A DNA stretch of 64,000 bases from Candidatus Cloacimonadota bacterium (GTDB lineage Bacteria; Cloacimonadota; Cloacimonadia; Cloacimonadales; TCS61). This document shows, piece by piece, positions 26,791 to 35,642 of this stretch. The stretch spans positions 8,830-72,829 of the forward strand of contig JAUXIJ010000004.1 of NCBI GenBank assembly GCA_030621085.1, read 5' to 3'. Position numbers and translations under genes: made by a program. A model generated the notes under the pieces. It saw only the letters and a program-made list of their open reading frames with translations, was not told the origin of the DNA and did no database searches. Position 1 is the stretch's first letter. Each line of letters starts with the position of its first letter.

Positions 26791-27531
26791 TTAATCAAAC
26801 AGATTCAATCCGGAAATCAAGGATAATATTCCCATTAATATCAAAAGCACAAGTATCAGTTTCCTGAAATGATTTTCTTTAATTTTATGTGAAAGTAAAT
26901 TGCCGGCTATCACTCCAACAAGAAGCCCCGGGAAGAAAACAACAGAATAAGTAAAGACTTCTTTAGTGAAAAGCTCGTTTAGAAAGTAAACCGGAATAGT
27001 GAATATATTCAGTAGAAAAAAGTAAACTGCCAGATTGCCGCGGAAGGCATGTTTTTCAACGCCTTTATTTGCCATGAACAAAATTATGGGAGGTCCGCTG
27101 ATAGAGATGCTTCCTCCCAATAGACCGCTGATCAGTCCGATGGGGATCATAGACAGTTTTTCATGTTTGAATTGCTTCTTAAATCCCAAAAGCAAGAGTA
27201 GTCCAAATACAAAGATACAGCTTCCAATGAAAATCTTTAAAGTATTCTCGTTTAAAATTACCAGCAGGTGAGCGCCAAATGGCATAGCAATAATTGCAAA
27301 AAACAATAGTATCCAGATCTTCCTTAAATTTATTTCTTTCCAAGTTGAATAAAGTATAACAATATTAATGATCATAGAAAATAAAATAAGTACTGGAACA
27401 GCCGTTCTGGGAGAAATAAATAGCGTAATTAGTGGAATTGCCAAAATGGAAAAACCAAACCCGGAAAGTCCCTGCAGCATGGCTGAAACCAGGAAAATAC
27501 AACTTCCTATTAAGATCAATTCAATTTCCAT
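26791..27531 (-). CDS. TSUP (TauE/SafE) family membrane transporter.
   Basis: Polytopic membrane protein with GLSGFGFSILAIPL and GLLGGSISISGPP motifs. The track ORF starts at a TTG (27591). The ATG at 27529-27531 (MEIELILIG) gives the usual ~246-aa length. Confidence 0.8.
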   Translation of the reverse strand: MEIELILIGSCIFLVSAMLQGLSGFGFSILAIPLITLFISPRTAVPVLILFSMIINIVILYSTWKEINLRKIWILLFFAIIAMPFGAHLLVILNENTLKIFIGSCIFVFGLLLLLGFKKQFKHEKLSMIPIGLISGLLGGSISISGPPIILFMANKGVEKHAFRGNLAVYFFLLNIFTIPVYFLNELFTKEVFTYSVVFFPGLLVGVIAGNLLSHKIKENHFRKLILVLLILMGILSLISGLNLFD

Positions 27532-27652
27532 GCCTTGAATACTCCTCCCAAAATATTGCTTCGAAAATTGAAAATTGTTTCTCTTTGTCAAAGTAAATTA
27601 TAGTAAACGTGTATTATTACCTTTTCTTGACACAATAGACAATAACTGAAAA

Positions 27653-30148
27653 ATGCCAATAATGAAAAAATATGTATCGAAAATAAAAGCTGCGGTTCCA
27701 GCAGCTATTATTTTACTTTTTAGCGTTGTTTTTCTGTGGGGACAGGAAAATGCAATCGAACCGATTTTGGAACCCTCCGACAGCTTGAGCATAGATTCTC
27801 TGGAAATTGAACAGGTAGCTATCGATACAGTAGAGATAGATTCGGTTTTCTATTTTGCAGACAGTATTTTCTATAATGTAAAAAATGAAACAATTGATCT
27901 GGTTGGGAAAGCTAAGATCACCTATCATAATTCAAATATTATTTCAGATACAATTACGATCAACCTGGCTAAAGAGCAAGCTTGCGCCAAGGGAAAATCT
28001 TACCTGCAGGATGGCACCCAAAACATGCTGGGAAGAGACATCTACTTCGATCTCGATTCGCAGTGGGGACTCATAAAAAATGGGATTAGCGAATTCGATA
28101 AAGGATTTTACTACGGCGAAGAAATACGTAAAGTAGATAAACGAACATTTGATGTGGATAATGGACTTTTTACAACCTGCGATGCTCTGCATCCTCACTT
28201 TTACATATATGCAAATAAACTACGCGTTTACCAGAATGATAAAATAGTAGCTAAACCGATTGTGTTTTATGTTAATCATTTTCCGGTAATGGCTCTCCCT
28301 TTTGGAACTTTCAATATCAAACGGGGCAGGCAGACAGGCATTCTTGTGCCTTCCCCCGGCTGGAATAAAGTTAAAGGGAAATACCTGGAAAACATAGCTT
28401 TTTATTATGCCTATAAGAATTTTGCTGACGCAACTCTCTACATGGATTATTTTGAAAAAACCGGTTGGGAAACCGGATTCAATTCCAGATATATTAAACG
28501 CTATATTTTTAATGGGAAATTGAATGCTGTCTTACAAAAAAGGATTGAAGGACCTAATCAATCCAGCTATGAATGGGAGATCAAAAGCAGACACCATCAC
28601 GATTTCGGTAATAAGACCACTTTCGATGAGAACATAACTTTTGTAAGTAGTAAACGAGTGTGGGAAGGAAGTGATATCCTGGATGAAAGATTGACGGAAA
28701 AGATCACTTCCTCACTTGCTTATAAGAGACCTTTTTTAAACAGCACTTTATGGATGAAAGCAACATACATCGACGACTTTGAGAATAACACGAAAGATAT
28801 TACATTGCCATACATTTCGTATTTACCTCCTTCCAAACCAGTATATGAACTTTTCTTAAGTGAAGATGATGAAATGCCGGAAGATGCCTGGTGGCAGGAT
28901 TTTTCTTGTTCCTATAATTTTAAAGCAAGTCATGTGGGTGATATCAATGATTCAACAGCTACATTCTGGGATGTGCTCTACGACGATACATTGGGACCGG
29001 ATTCAACCTATGCAACAGGTAATCAGCATAACGCCGGTATCAAACATTCTGCCAGCTTGAGTTATTCTTATAAAATTAAGGGTTGGTTGAATCTTTCTCA
29101 GTCTATTTCCGGAAATGAAGTCTGGTTCGATCGTGATAGGGAAGGTACAAAGTTAGTGCGAGGAGCAGATTACAGTACAAGATCTTCTCTCTCGTTCAAC
29201 TTGTACGGGATCAGGCAAATGCCTGCATTCTATCTATCTGCTATCAGACATATCATTACTCCCAGCGTGAGTTTTACTTATAAGCCTGATTTTTCCAGGA
29301 ACGACAGATTTTATAATTTTGGTGGGATTGGCCTCGCTACTGGAGTAAAACAAAGAAAGATCAGTCTTTCGTTGAGCAATAAATGGCAGTTGAAATTGAA
29401 AGAAACTGCAAAAACCAAAGAACGAAAAATAAATGATTTCTTCAAAATTAGCTCCTCTATTAGTTATGATTTTGAGAAAGAAGGAAAAGGATTTACCGAG
29501 ACTATCGGTCACAACATAAATCTGAATCCGAAGAAATTTGTATGGAGCGTTATTGATCTTTCAACAAAACCTTCCGGCTCGATCACTCAGGCAACTTATG
29601 GATTAAAATTTAAAGGATGGAACCCTGAAAAATGGAATTGGGCAGTATCGAACTGGACTTTTAGAGTTACCACAAAATTGAATTTCTCCGGTGATGCAAA
29701 TTATATAGATTATTTTCCTACTCCCCAAAATGATTTTGTTACAGGTGAATTTTTCCAGAGTGATACACTCTCTGTGGAAGATGAAAGAGCGATAACCACC
29801 CTGGAAGAATTAGATGAGTTGAACCGGGAGAAAAAGAACTGGTCATTCAATTTCTCTCATTCTTATAAAACCAATAAAGCGTCTTACGAAATTAATAATT
29901 ATACCAGCGATCTTCGTATGTCGGTTTCTGCCAAACTTACCCGGAACTGGTCGATCAATTATGATAATTATATAGACCTTAAAGACGATGAACTGGTCTC
30001 ACACAACTTCACTATCACGCGTGATCTTCATTGCTGGAAAGTTTACTTTAAATACACCAGGCAGGGAGACTACTGGAGCTACCGGTTCCAATTATTTAAT
30101 ATCAAGCTTCCGGAGGATCTTAAATTCAGAACTTCGGATCATAGTTAA
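27653..30148 (+). CDS. LptD/OstA-like outer-membrane LPS-assembly protein.
   Basis: Signal peptide, an OstA-like N-terminal region (ITADTITINL..., FTTCD) and a long beta-strand-rich, aromatic-rich C-terminus. It lies next to gmhB. Confidence 0.6.
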   Translation: MPIMKKYVSKIKAAVPAAIILLFSVVFLWGQENAIEPILEPSDSLSIDSLEIEQVAIDTVEIDSVFYFADSIFYNVKNETIDLVGKAKITYHNSNIISDTITINLAKEQACAKGKSYLQDGTQNMLGRDIYFDLDSQWGLIKNGISEFDKGFYYGEEIRKVDKRTFDVDNGLFTTCDALHPHFYIYANKLRVYQNDKIVAKPIVFYVNHFPVMALPFGTFNIKRGRQTGILVPSPGWNKVKGKYLENIAFYYAYKNFADATLYMDYFEKTGWETGFNSRYIKRYIFNGKLNAVLQKRIEGPNQSSYEWEIKSRHHHDFGNKTTFDENITFVSSKRVWEGSDILDERLTEKITSSLAYKRPFLNSTLWMKATYIDDFENNTKDITLPYISYLPPSKPVYELFLSEDDEMPEDAWWQDFSCSYNFKASHVGDINDSTATFWDVLYDDTLGPDSTYATGNQHNAGIKHSASLSYSYKIKGWLNLSQSISGNEVWFDRDREGTKLVRGADYSTRSSLSFNLYGIRQMPAFYLSAIRHIITPSVSFTYKPDFSRNDRFYNFGGIGLATGVKQRKISLSLSNKWQLKLKETAKTKERKINDFFKISSSISYDFEKEGKGFTETIGHNINLNPKKFVWSVIDLSTKPSGSITQATYGLKFKGWNPEKWNWAVSNWTFRVTTKLNFSGDANYIDYFPTPQNDFVTGEFFQSDTLSVEDERAITTLEELDELNREKKNWSFNFSHSYKTNKASYEINNYTSDLRMSVSAKLTRNWSINYDNYIDLKDDELVSHNFTITRDLHCWKVYFKYTRQGDYWSYRFQLFNIKLPEDLKFRTSDHS

Positions 30149-30176
30149 AAATGAACTATAATAAAAGAGTGAAATT

Positions 30177-30761
30177 ATGGATTTAAAAAAAGCTGTATTC
30201 CTTGATCGTGATGGAACTATAAACTGGGATGAAAACGGATATATCAACAATCCCGATGATTTCCATCTTTATCCGTATGCAGGCAAAGCAATAGCAGAAC
30301 TTAATAAAATGGATTACCTGGTCTTTGTGGTTACAAACCAGTCCGGAGTTGCCAGGGATATTTATAAAATTAAGGATATTGAAATTATACATGATAAAAT
30401 GAATTCCTGCCTGAAAGAATTTGGAGCACATATTGATGAAATATTCTTCTCTCCTTACCATAAACATGGAAAGATCAAGCCTTACAACGTGGATCATGAA
30501 GACCGTAAACCCGGGGTGGGAATGTTCAAAAAAGCATTGAAGAAACATAGTTTTAATATTAAGAAATCTTTCATGATAGGAGACAGGTACTCAGATATTG
30601 CTTTCGGAAAGAAAGCAGGATTAACTACGATACTCGTTCTTACTGGAAATGGGAAAAAAGAATTTTACCAAAAAAGAGATGAGAGAGAATATAAACCCGA
30701 TTATATTGTTAAAAATTTGATTTCGGCAGCGAAATTAATTCAATGGATGAAAGATAAATGA
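30177..30761 (+). CDS. gmhB: D-glycero-D-manno-heptose 1,7-bisphosphate 7-phosphatase (HAD-IIIA).
   Basis: FLDRDGTIN, VVTNQSGVARD, RKPGVGMF and IGDRYSDIAFGKKAG. Confidence 0.85.
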   Translation: MDLKKAVFLDRDGTINWDENGYINNPDDFHLYPYAGKAIAELNKMDYLVFVVTNQSGVARDIYKIKDIEIIHDKMNSCLKEFGAHIDEIFFSPYHKHGKIKPYNVDHEDRKPGVGMFKKALKKHSFNIKKSFMIGDRYSDIAFGKKAGLTTILVLTGNGKKEFYQKRDEREYKPDYIVKNLISAAKLIQWMKDK

Positions 30762-31678
30762 AGAAAATCGGGATTTCAATTATAGTAGTTTTCATAATAA
30801 TTTCCTGTGGAAAAACTGAATCAGGTCCCACCTCTATCGATCCGCCAATAGTTCCCACATTAGATAGCCTTTTCTTTGGAACGGATTCCACCTTCGAAAT
30901 TGTTACGTGGAATATTCAGAACTTTCCTAAACTGAATATGATAACTGCAGATTATGTGGTTCAGATCATTATGGCTATCGATGCAGATGTGGTTGCTTTG
31001 CAGGAGATCGAGAGCAGCGGCTATTTTAATTATGTAGTTGAAGAATTGAATGAAATTGATTCACTATTTTCATGGGAAGAATATCGGGCAAATAGTGCCA
31101 GCTATGAGATGAACCTGGCGTATATCTATAAAAGTGATTTTGTAGAAGTAGATAGTATTTATGAAATTTATCAGGATGACTGGTATGCTTTTCCGCGCAG
31201 TCCGCTTGTTTTCGAATTAACTTATGATGAACAGGAACTGGTGATCATTGATAATCATTTGAAAGCAGGTGGCGATCCTGAGGATGAAGCTAGACGTGAA
31301 GAAGCCTCTCAAAAACTTCAGGCTTTTATTGATAGTACTTACTCTGATGTTGAAGTGATATTGGTGGGTGATCTAAATGATGATATTACTGAACCACAGG
31401 AAACAAATGTTTTCTGGAATTTTATTTCTCAGCCCGATAATTACATCTTCACTGATATGGAAATTGCAGAGGGAAGCTATTCAAACTGGTCATATCCCAC
31501 CTGGCCCAGCCATCTGGATCATATCCTGATAACTAATGAACTCTTCGATGAATTTGCTCTGCTTTCAACGGTAATTCAAACCTTGAAGATCGATAATTAC
31601 CTGGGAAACGGATGGAGTGAATATTATGAAAATGTATCCGATCACCGACCGGTGGGGTTGAAATTATATTTTGAATAA
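30758..31678 (+). CDS. Endonuclease/exonuclease/phosphatase (EEP) family lipoprotein.
   Basis: Lipobox IIISCG. Motifs are VTWNIQNFP, DADVVALQEIE, LVGDLND, SHLDHILI and SDHRPV. Confidence 0.8.
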   Translation: MKKIGISIIVVFIIISCGKTESGPTSIDPPIVPTLDSLFFGTDSTFEIVTWNIQNFPKLNMITADYVVQIIMAIDADVVALQEIESSGYFNYVVEELNEIDSLFSWEEYRANSASYEMNLAYIYKSDFVEVDSIYEIYQDDWYAFPRSPLVFELTYDEQELVIIDNHLKAGGDPEDEARREEASQKLQAFIDSTYSDVEVILVGDLNDDITEPQETNVFWNFISQPDNYIFTDMEIAEGSYSNWSYPTWPSHLDHILITNELFDEFALLSTVIQTLKIDNYLGNGWSEYYENVSDHRPVGLKLYFE

Positions 31679-31684
31679 TGTAGT

Positions 31685-31710
31685 GACAGAACATTGTTCT
31701 GTCTTTTGTT
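31685..31710 (+). terminator. Rho-independent terminator after the first EEP gene.
   Basis: GACAGAAC-ATT-GTTCTGTC followed by TTTTGTT. The same palindrome recurs after the other EEP copies, at about 34552-34568 (left arm degenerate) and about 10374-10392. Confidence 0.6.
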
Positions 31711-31800
31711 CAACATTCCAAAGCCGGTCCAATGAAACGAAAGGATTTCATAGACTAAAGGGCTTTGGAACGAGAAATAGAATAAAACATGGAGTGAATT

Positions 31801-33477
31801 ATGAAAATAATAATTACGTTAATAATTCTATTTTTTTTATTTTCATATTTAATTGCTGGTGAATCTCTTTATGTGCCAGGGCAGGTTCTGGTTCAGCTTG
31901 AAGAGAATACAAGCGAGAATATGCAACTGCTCTCAGAGAGCTTTTCTAATTTTAATCTAAAACCGGTAAAACAACTATCCCGCAGAATGCATATCTGGCT
32001 TTTTGAATATGATGCAGGTATTCAGCGGGATGAAGATATTCTGATTGCAGTAAAGAACCATTCCAAAGTAAAAGAAGCTCAATTCAATCATTATGTGCGG
32101 GAGCGGGAAACATATCCCGATGATCCTCATTTTGATCTTCAATGGGCATTGGAAAATACCGGACAAACCGGTGGACTCTTCGATGCCGATATTGATGCTC
32201 CCGAAGCATGGGATATGAATACAGGAGGTACTACGGTTCTTGGTGATACTCTAATTGTGGCAATTGTAGATGGCGGAGCATATATTAGTCATCCCGATAT
32301 TAACTGGTGGAAGAATTATGATGAGATCCCCGGTAACGGAATCGACGATGATGAGAATGGTTATATTGACGATTATGATGGTTGGAATGCCTATAACAGT
32401 ACAGGTAATATAATAGCCAGCAGCCATGGCACTCATGTCTCAGGAATTGCCGGTGCTGTTGGGAATAATGGACTGGGAGTATGCGGTGTAAATTGGAATG
32501 TACAAACGATGCCGGTGGCAGGTTCCTCAAATACGGAATCTATAGTAGTGGAAGCTTATGGATATGTTCTGGAAATGCGCAGTATTTATAATGAAACATA
32601 TGGAGATTCAGGAGCTTTTGTTGTTGCTACAAATTCTTCCTTTGGTATTAATTACGGTAACCCGACAAATTACCCGCTCTGGAGTGCAATGTATGATTCT
32701 ATGGGAGTAGCAGGAATTTTAAGTGCTGCTGCCACGATGAATATCAACGCGAATGTGGATGAAACCGGTGATATGCCCACAGCCTGCGAGAGTGATTATC
32801 TGATAACAGTTACAAATACTACCAACCTCGATGAAAAGAACGGTTCTGCTGCTTATGGTCTTACCACTATCGATCTGGGAGCACCTGGAACTGTCATCTA
32901 TTCAACTGATCAATCTAATAGCTACAGTTATAAAACGGGAACTTCGATGGCTACACCACATGTTACCGGTGCAGTTGCTCTACTTTTATCAGCAGCACCA
33001 GAAGGACTATTGAACCAATATATGGAAAATCCCGCTGAAGTAGCTTTACAAATAAAAGATTATATACTGGAAAGTGTTGATATTCTCCCATCACTTGACA
33101 GCTTGACCGTTTCCGGTGGAAGGCTGAATATTTTCAATTCACTCGATCTAATGCTAAACCAGAATTCTGCTCAAAACAATTTGCCAGAATCGGCGATCAT
33201 ACTAAATAATTATCCCAATCCATTCAACCCTGAAACAACGATTACGTTCGATCTCACCGCAGAGGACGCAAAGAACGCAAAGTTGGAAATCTATAATCTG
33301 AAAGGGCAAAAAATAAAAACATTATATTCGTTCCCATCCGGCAGCTGCCGAATAGGAACGAGAAGTGTGGTTTGGAATGGAACTGACGAAAACAATCAAC
33401 CTGTGAGTTCAGGTATTTATTTATATAAACTGAATATTGAAAATTCACCGGTGAAGAAGATGTTGTTGTTGAAATAA
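31801..33477 (+). CDS. S8 (subtilisin-like) serine peptidase with a T9SS C-terminal sorting domain.
   Basis: Catalytic motifs are AIVDGGAY, HGTHVSGIAGA and GTSMATPHVTGAVALL. The N-terminal propeptide resembles that of the 1-2358 gene (ESLYVPGQVLVQL). The CTD is NYPNPFNPETTITF...IYNLKGQK...GIYLYKL...MLLLK. Confidence 0.9.
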   Translation: MKIIITLIILFFLFSYLIAGESLYVPGQVLVQLEENTSENMQLLSESFSNFNLKPVKQLSRRMHIWLFEYDAGIQRDEDILIAVKNHSKVKEAQFNHYVRERETYPDDPHFDLQWALENTGQTGGLFDADIDAPEAWDMNTGGTTVLGDTLIVAIVDGGAYISHPDINWWKNYDEIPGNGIDDDENGYIDDYDGWNAYNSTGNIIASSHGTHVSGIAGAVGNNGLGVCGVNWNVQTMPVAGSSNTESIVVEAYGYVLEMRSIYNETYGDSGAFVVATNSSFGINYGNPTNYPLWSAMYDSMGVAGILSAAATMNINANVDETGDMPTACESDYLITVTNTTNLDEKNGSAAYGLTTIDLGAPGTVIYSTDQSNSYSYKTGTSMATPHVTGAVALLLSAAPEGLLNQYMENPAEVALQIKDYILESVDILPSLDSLTVSGGRLNIFNSLDLMLNQNSAQNNLPESAIILNNYPNPFNPETTITFDLTAEDAKNAKLEIYNLKGQKIKTLYSFPSGSCRIGTRSVVWNGTDENNQPVSSGIYLYKLNIENSPVKKMLLLK

Positions 33478-33549
33478 CCTTGTGAATGGTCATAGACCTT
33501 CGCAATGGTTATTGACATCAGCAATGATGTTGCTAGTTAATGATATTTA

Positions 33550-34473
33550 ATGACTCTGGAGAATAATGTGAAAAAAATAATTTTTTCTTTTTGTTTTGTG
33601 CTTTCTGCATTTCTGTGGACAGAAGAACTTCCCAAAATAGAATATGATCAACTTTCTTTTGGAGAGGAAAATACTCTGGAAGTAATGACCTGGAATATTC
33701 AGAATTTCCCTAAAAGTGAATATACAGTCGATTATGCAACGGGAATATTATTAGCGGTAGATGCCGATGTTATAGGATTGCAGGAGATCGAGAGTGATTC
33801 TGCTTTTGTGGTGCTACTGGAAAATTTGCAGAAGCAAGATCCTGAAAATAAATGGAACGGATTCCGGGCAAATACTAATGAATGGGAGATGAACCTGGCA
33901 TATCTCTATAAATCGAGTATAATAAATGTGGATAGTATTTACCAGATCTATCCCGATGATGAAAAATATCATCAACCATTTCCCCGAAAACCTCTGGTAC
34001 TGGAATTTTACTGTTTTAACCAGAAATTCTTTATCATAAATAATCACTTAAAAGCAATGCCAGGTGAGAAAAACATTGTGCGCAGAAGAGAAGCCTGCAA
34101 ACTGCTGGATGAATACATTGATAGTTTTCTCCCCGAGGAAAATGTTATTTTATTGGGTGATTTGAATGACCAACTCACCGATCCTGAAGAGGAAAATGCT
34201 TTCACTGTCTTTTTGGATGATAAACAGAACTACTATTTTGCAGACTGGTTCATTGCAGCGGACAGTACAGCCAACTGGAGCTATCCATACTGGAAATATC
34301 GCAGTCATCTCGATCATATTCTTATTTCCAACGAGCTGTTTGATGAATTTGAAAAAGAAGGTTCGGATATAATGACAATTGCTATCAATAAATTTATGGA
34401 AGGCGGAGAAGATTCAAGGTACAAATATATCACCGATCATAGACCTGTTGTATTGAAGCTGAATATTAAATAA
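33550..34473 (+). CDS. Endonuclease/exonuclease/phosphatase (EEP) family protein, paralog of 30758-31678.
   Basis: MTWNIQNFP, DADVIGLQEIE, LLGDLND, SHLDHILIS and TDHRPV. Confidence 0.8.
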   Translation: MTLENNVKKIIFSFCFVLSAFLWTEELPKIEYDQLSFGEENTLEVMTWNIQNFPKSEYTVDYATGILLAVDADVIGLQEIESDSAFVVLLENLQKQDPENKWNGFRANTNEWEMNLAYLYKSSIINVDSIYQIYPDDEKYHQPFPRKPLVLEFYCFNQKFFIINNHLKAMPGEKNIVRRREACKLLDEYIDSFLPEENVILLGDLNDQLTDPEEENAFTVFLDDKQNYYFADWFIAADSTANWSYPYWKYRSHLDHILISNELFDEFEKEGSDIMTIAINKFMEGGEDSRYKYITDHRPVVLKLNIK

Positions 34474-34760
34474 AAACCTTGAAAACGGTCTCTTTTGGGA
34501 ACATTCTTCTTACTTGACCTTTTCAACGGTTTAATGTAGTAATAAAACATTGTTCTGTCATTTGTGCTGGACAGGAGTTATTTTAAAAATAATTGACATA
34601 TTTTTTTTCATTTTAGTAAAAAAGGATTTGATTTTTGCTAAATAAATTGTACAGGAAACTGGCATCATCGGAAAATTGATAAGAATTTGGAAACCTGGAT
34701 TTGAAAAACTAAACTGAAACAACTCGAGATATGCATAATTTTTACTAAAACTATTTTTTC
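34474..34760 (+). repeat. Upstream repeat, copy C (orphan, inverted relative to copies A and B). It ends at the island junction.
   Basis: It aligns with the reverse complement of 10177-10571. Its last ~45 nt (…AAACTAAACTGAAACAACTCGAGATATGCATAATTTTTACTAAAACTATTTTTT) match the stretch that abuts the P3 RBS in copy A. Here, AT-rich island sequence follows instead of an RBS and gene. Confidence 0.7.
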
Positions 34761-35518
34761 ATATTAGCTATTTTTCGATATTTAGTTAATCCTTTATTTA
34801 AATAATCAAAATATGTATCCCTTATCGTAACATTAAATGAACGTGGACTCATATGAATTAAAGGTATTATAAAAACTTTTCTAGTATCACTTAAATTCCA
34901 GGTATATAAAGAACCATGCAATTCAGAAATCATATCATCTCTATTTGAATCTATATTATTGTTTTCAACTTTAACGATTTTAATATATTTTGTTTTATAT
35001 TTTATTAGATTCTTGAAAGCAACATTACCAAATATAAAGATTAATTGAATATTGCTCAAAATAATAATTTCTTTTCTAAACAAATTTACACTATCCTTAT
35101 TTACTTTTATTTTATTATCTTTAACGTACTTCGATCTATATTTAATTATATCAGAAAAATAAAAATCCTTAAGTATATTATTATTTAGAAACGTCTTATT
35201 AAAATTTGAATTAAGGTTTTTTTGTAAAACTTTTTCAAAAAAAGGCTCAAAAAATGGCTTTTTTGTATTATCATGTAAAATCCATTTAATTAAATATTTT
35301 ATATAGATATCTAAATAATTTCCAATAGGAGTATTAACACTAATTAATTTTTCTAATTCTTCTTTTTCATTTTCATTTTTTAAATATTTGCCAGGTTTTT
35401 CCATTAATATACAATATTTAGGATTTGTTCCTTTTCTGAAGTAAAAGGTTTTATGTAAAAATTGATTATTTAATACTCTCTTAGCACATCTGAACATGCT
35501 CTTATCGATATCACTCAT
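34751..35518 (-). CDS. Hypothetical protein (255 aa). Possibly a divergent uracil-DNA-glycosylase-superfamily fold, based on motif order only.
   Basis: Motif order matches a UDG-like layout: YCILMEKPG (compare GEAPG/GINPG/GMNPG motif A), FYFSDIIKYR (compare N.vK.rP), LIFIFGNVAFKNL and IIPLIHMSPRSF (compare the HPSPLS-type motif B). The gene is very AT-rich and sits directly downstream of the RM gene. Confidence 0.45.
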   Translation of the reverse strand: MSDIDKSMFRCAKRVLNNQFLHKTFYFRKGTNPKYCILMEKPGKYLKNENEKEELEKLISVNTPIGNYLDIYIKYLIKWILHDNTKKPFFEPFFEKVLQKNLNSNFNKTFLNNNILKDFYFSDIIKYRSKYVKDNKIKVNKDSVNLFRKEIIILSNIQLIFIFGNVAFKNLIKYKTKYIKIVKVENNNIDSNRDDMISELHGSLYTWNLSDTRKVFIIPLIHMSPRSFNVTIRDTYFDYLNKGLTKYRKIANMKK

Positions 35519-35527
35519 TTCAACCTC

Positions 35528-35617
35528 CAGTTACATAACAGTTACATAAGCAACCTGCTATCTCACATTAAGTTAGCTCTTCTATTTATGTTTAATCCGG
35601 ATTACAGTTACATAAGC
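35528..35617 (-). promoter_or_regulatory. Direct repeats (G)CTTATGTAACTG, three copies, in the RM / 255-aa intergenic region. Candidate operator or RNA element.
   Basis: On the minus strand, GCTTATGTAACTGTAAT lies at 35605-35617, and GCTTATGTAACTG plus TTATGTAACTG lie in tandem at 35528-35550. The last copy runs into the RBS (ACTGGAGGTTGAAATG). GAGATAG is also duplicated. Confidence 0.35.
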
Positions 35618-35642
35618 CGCTTGTGTTTTTTTCTATCTCTTC

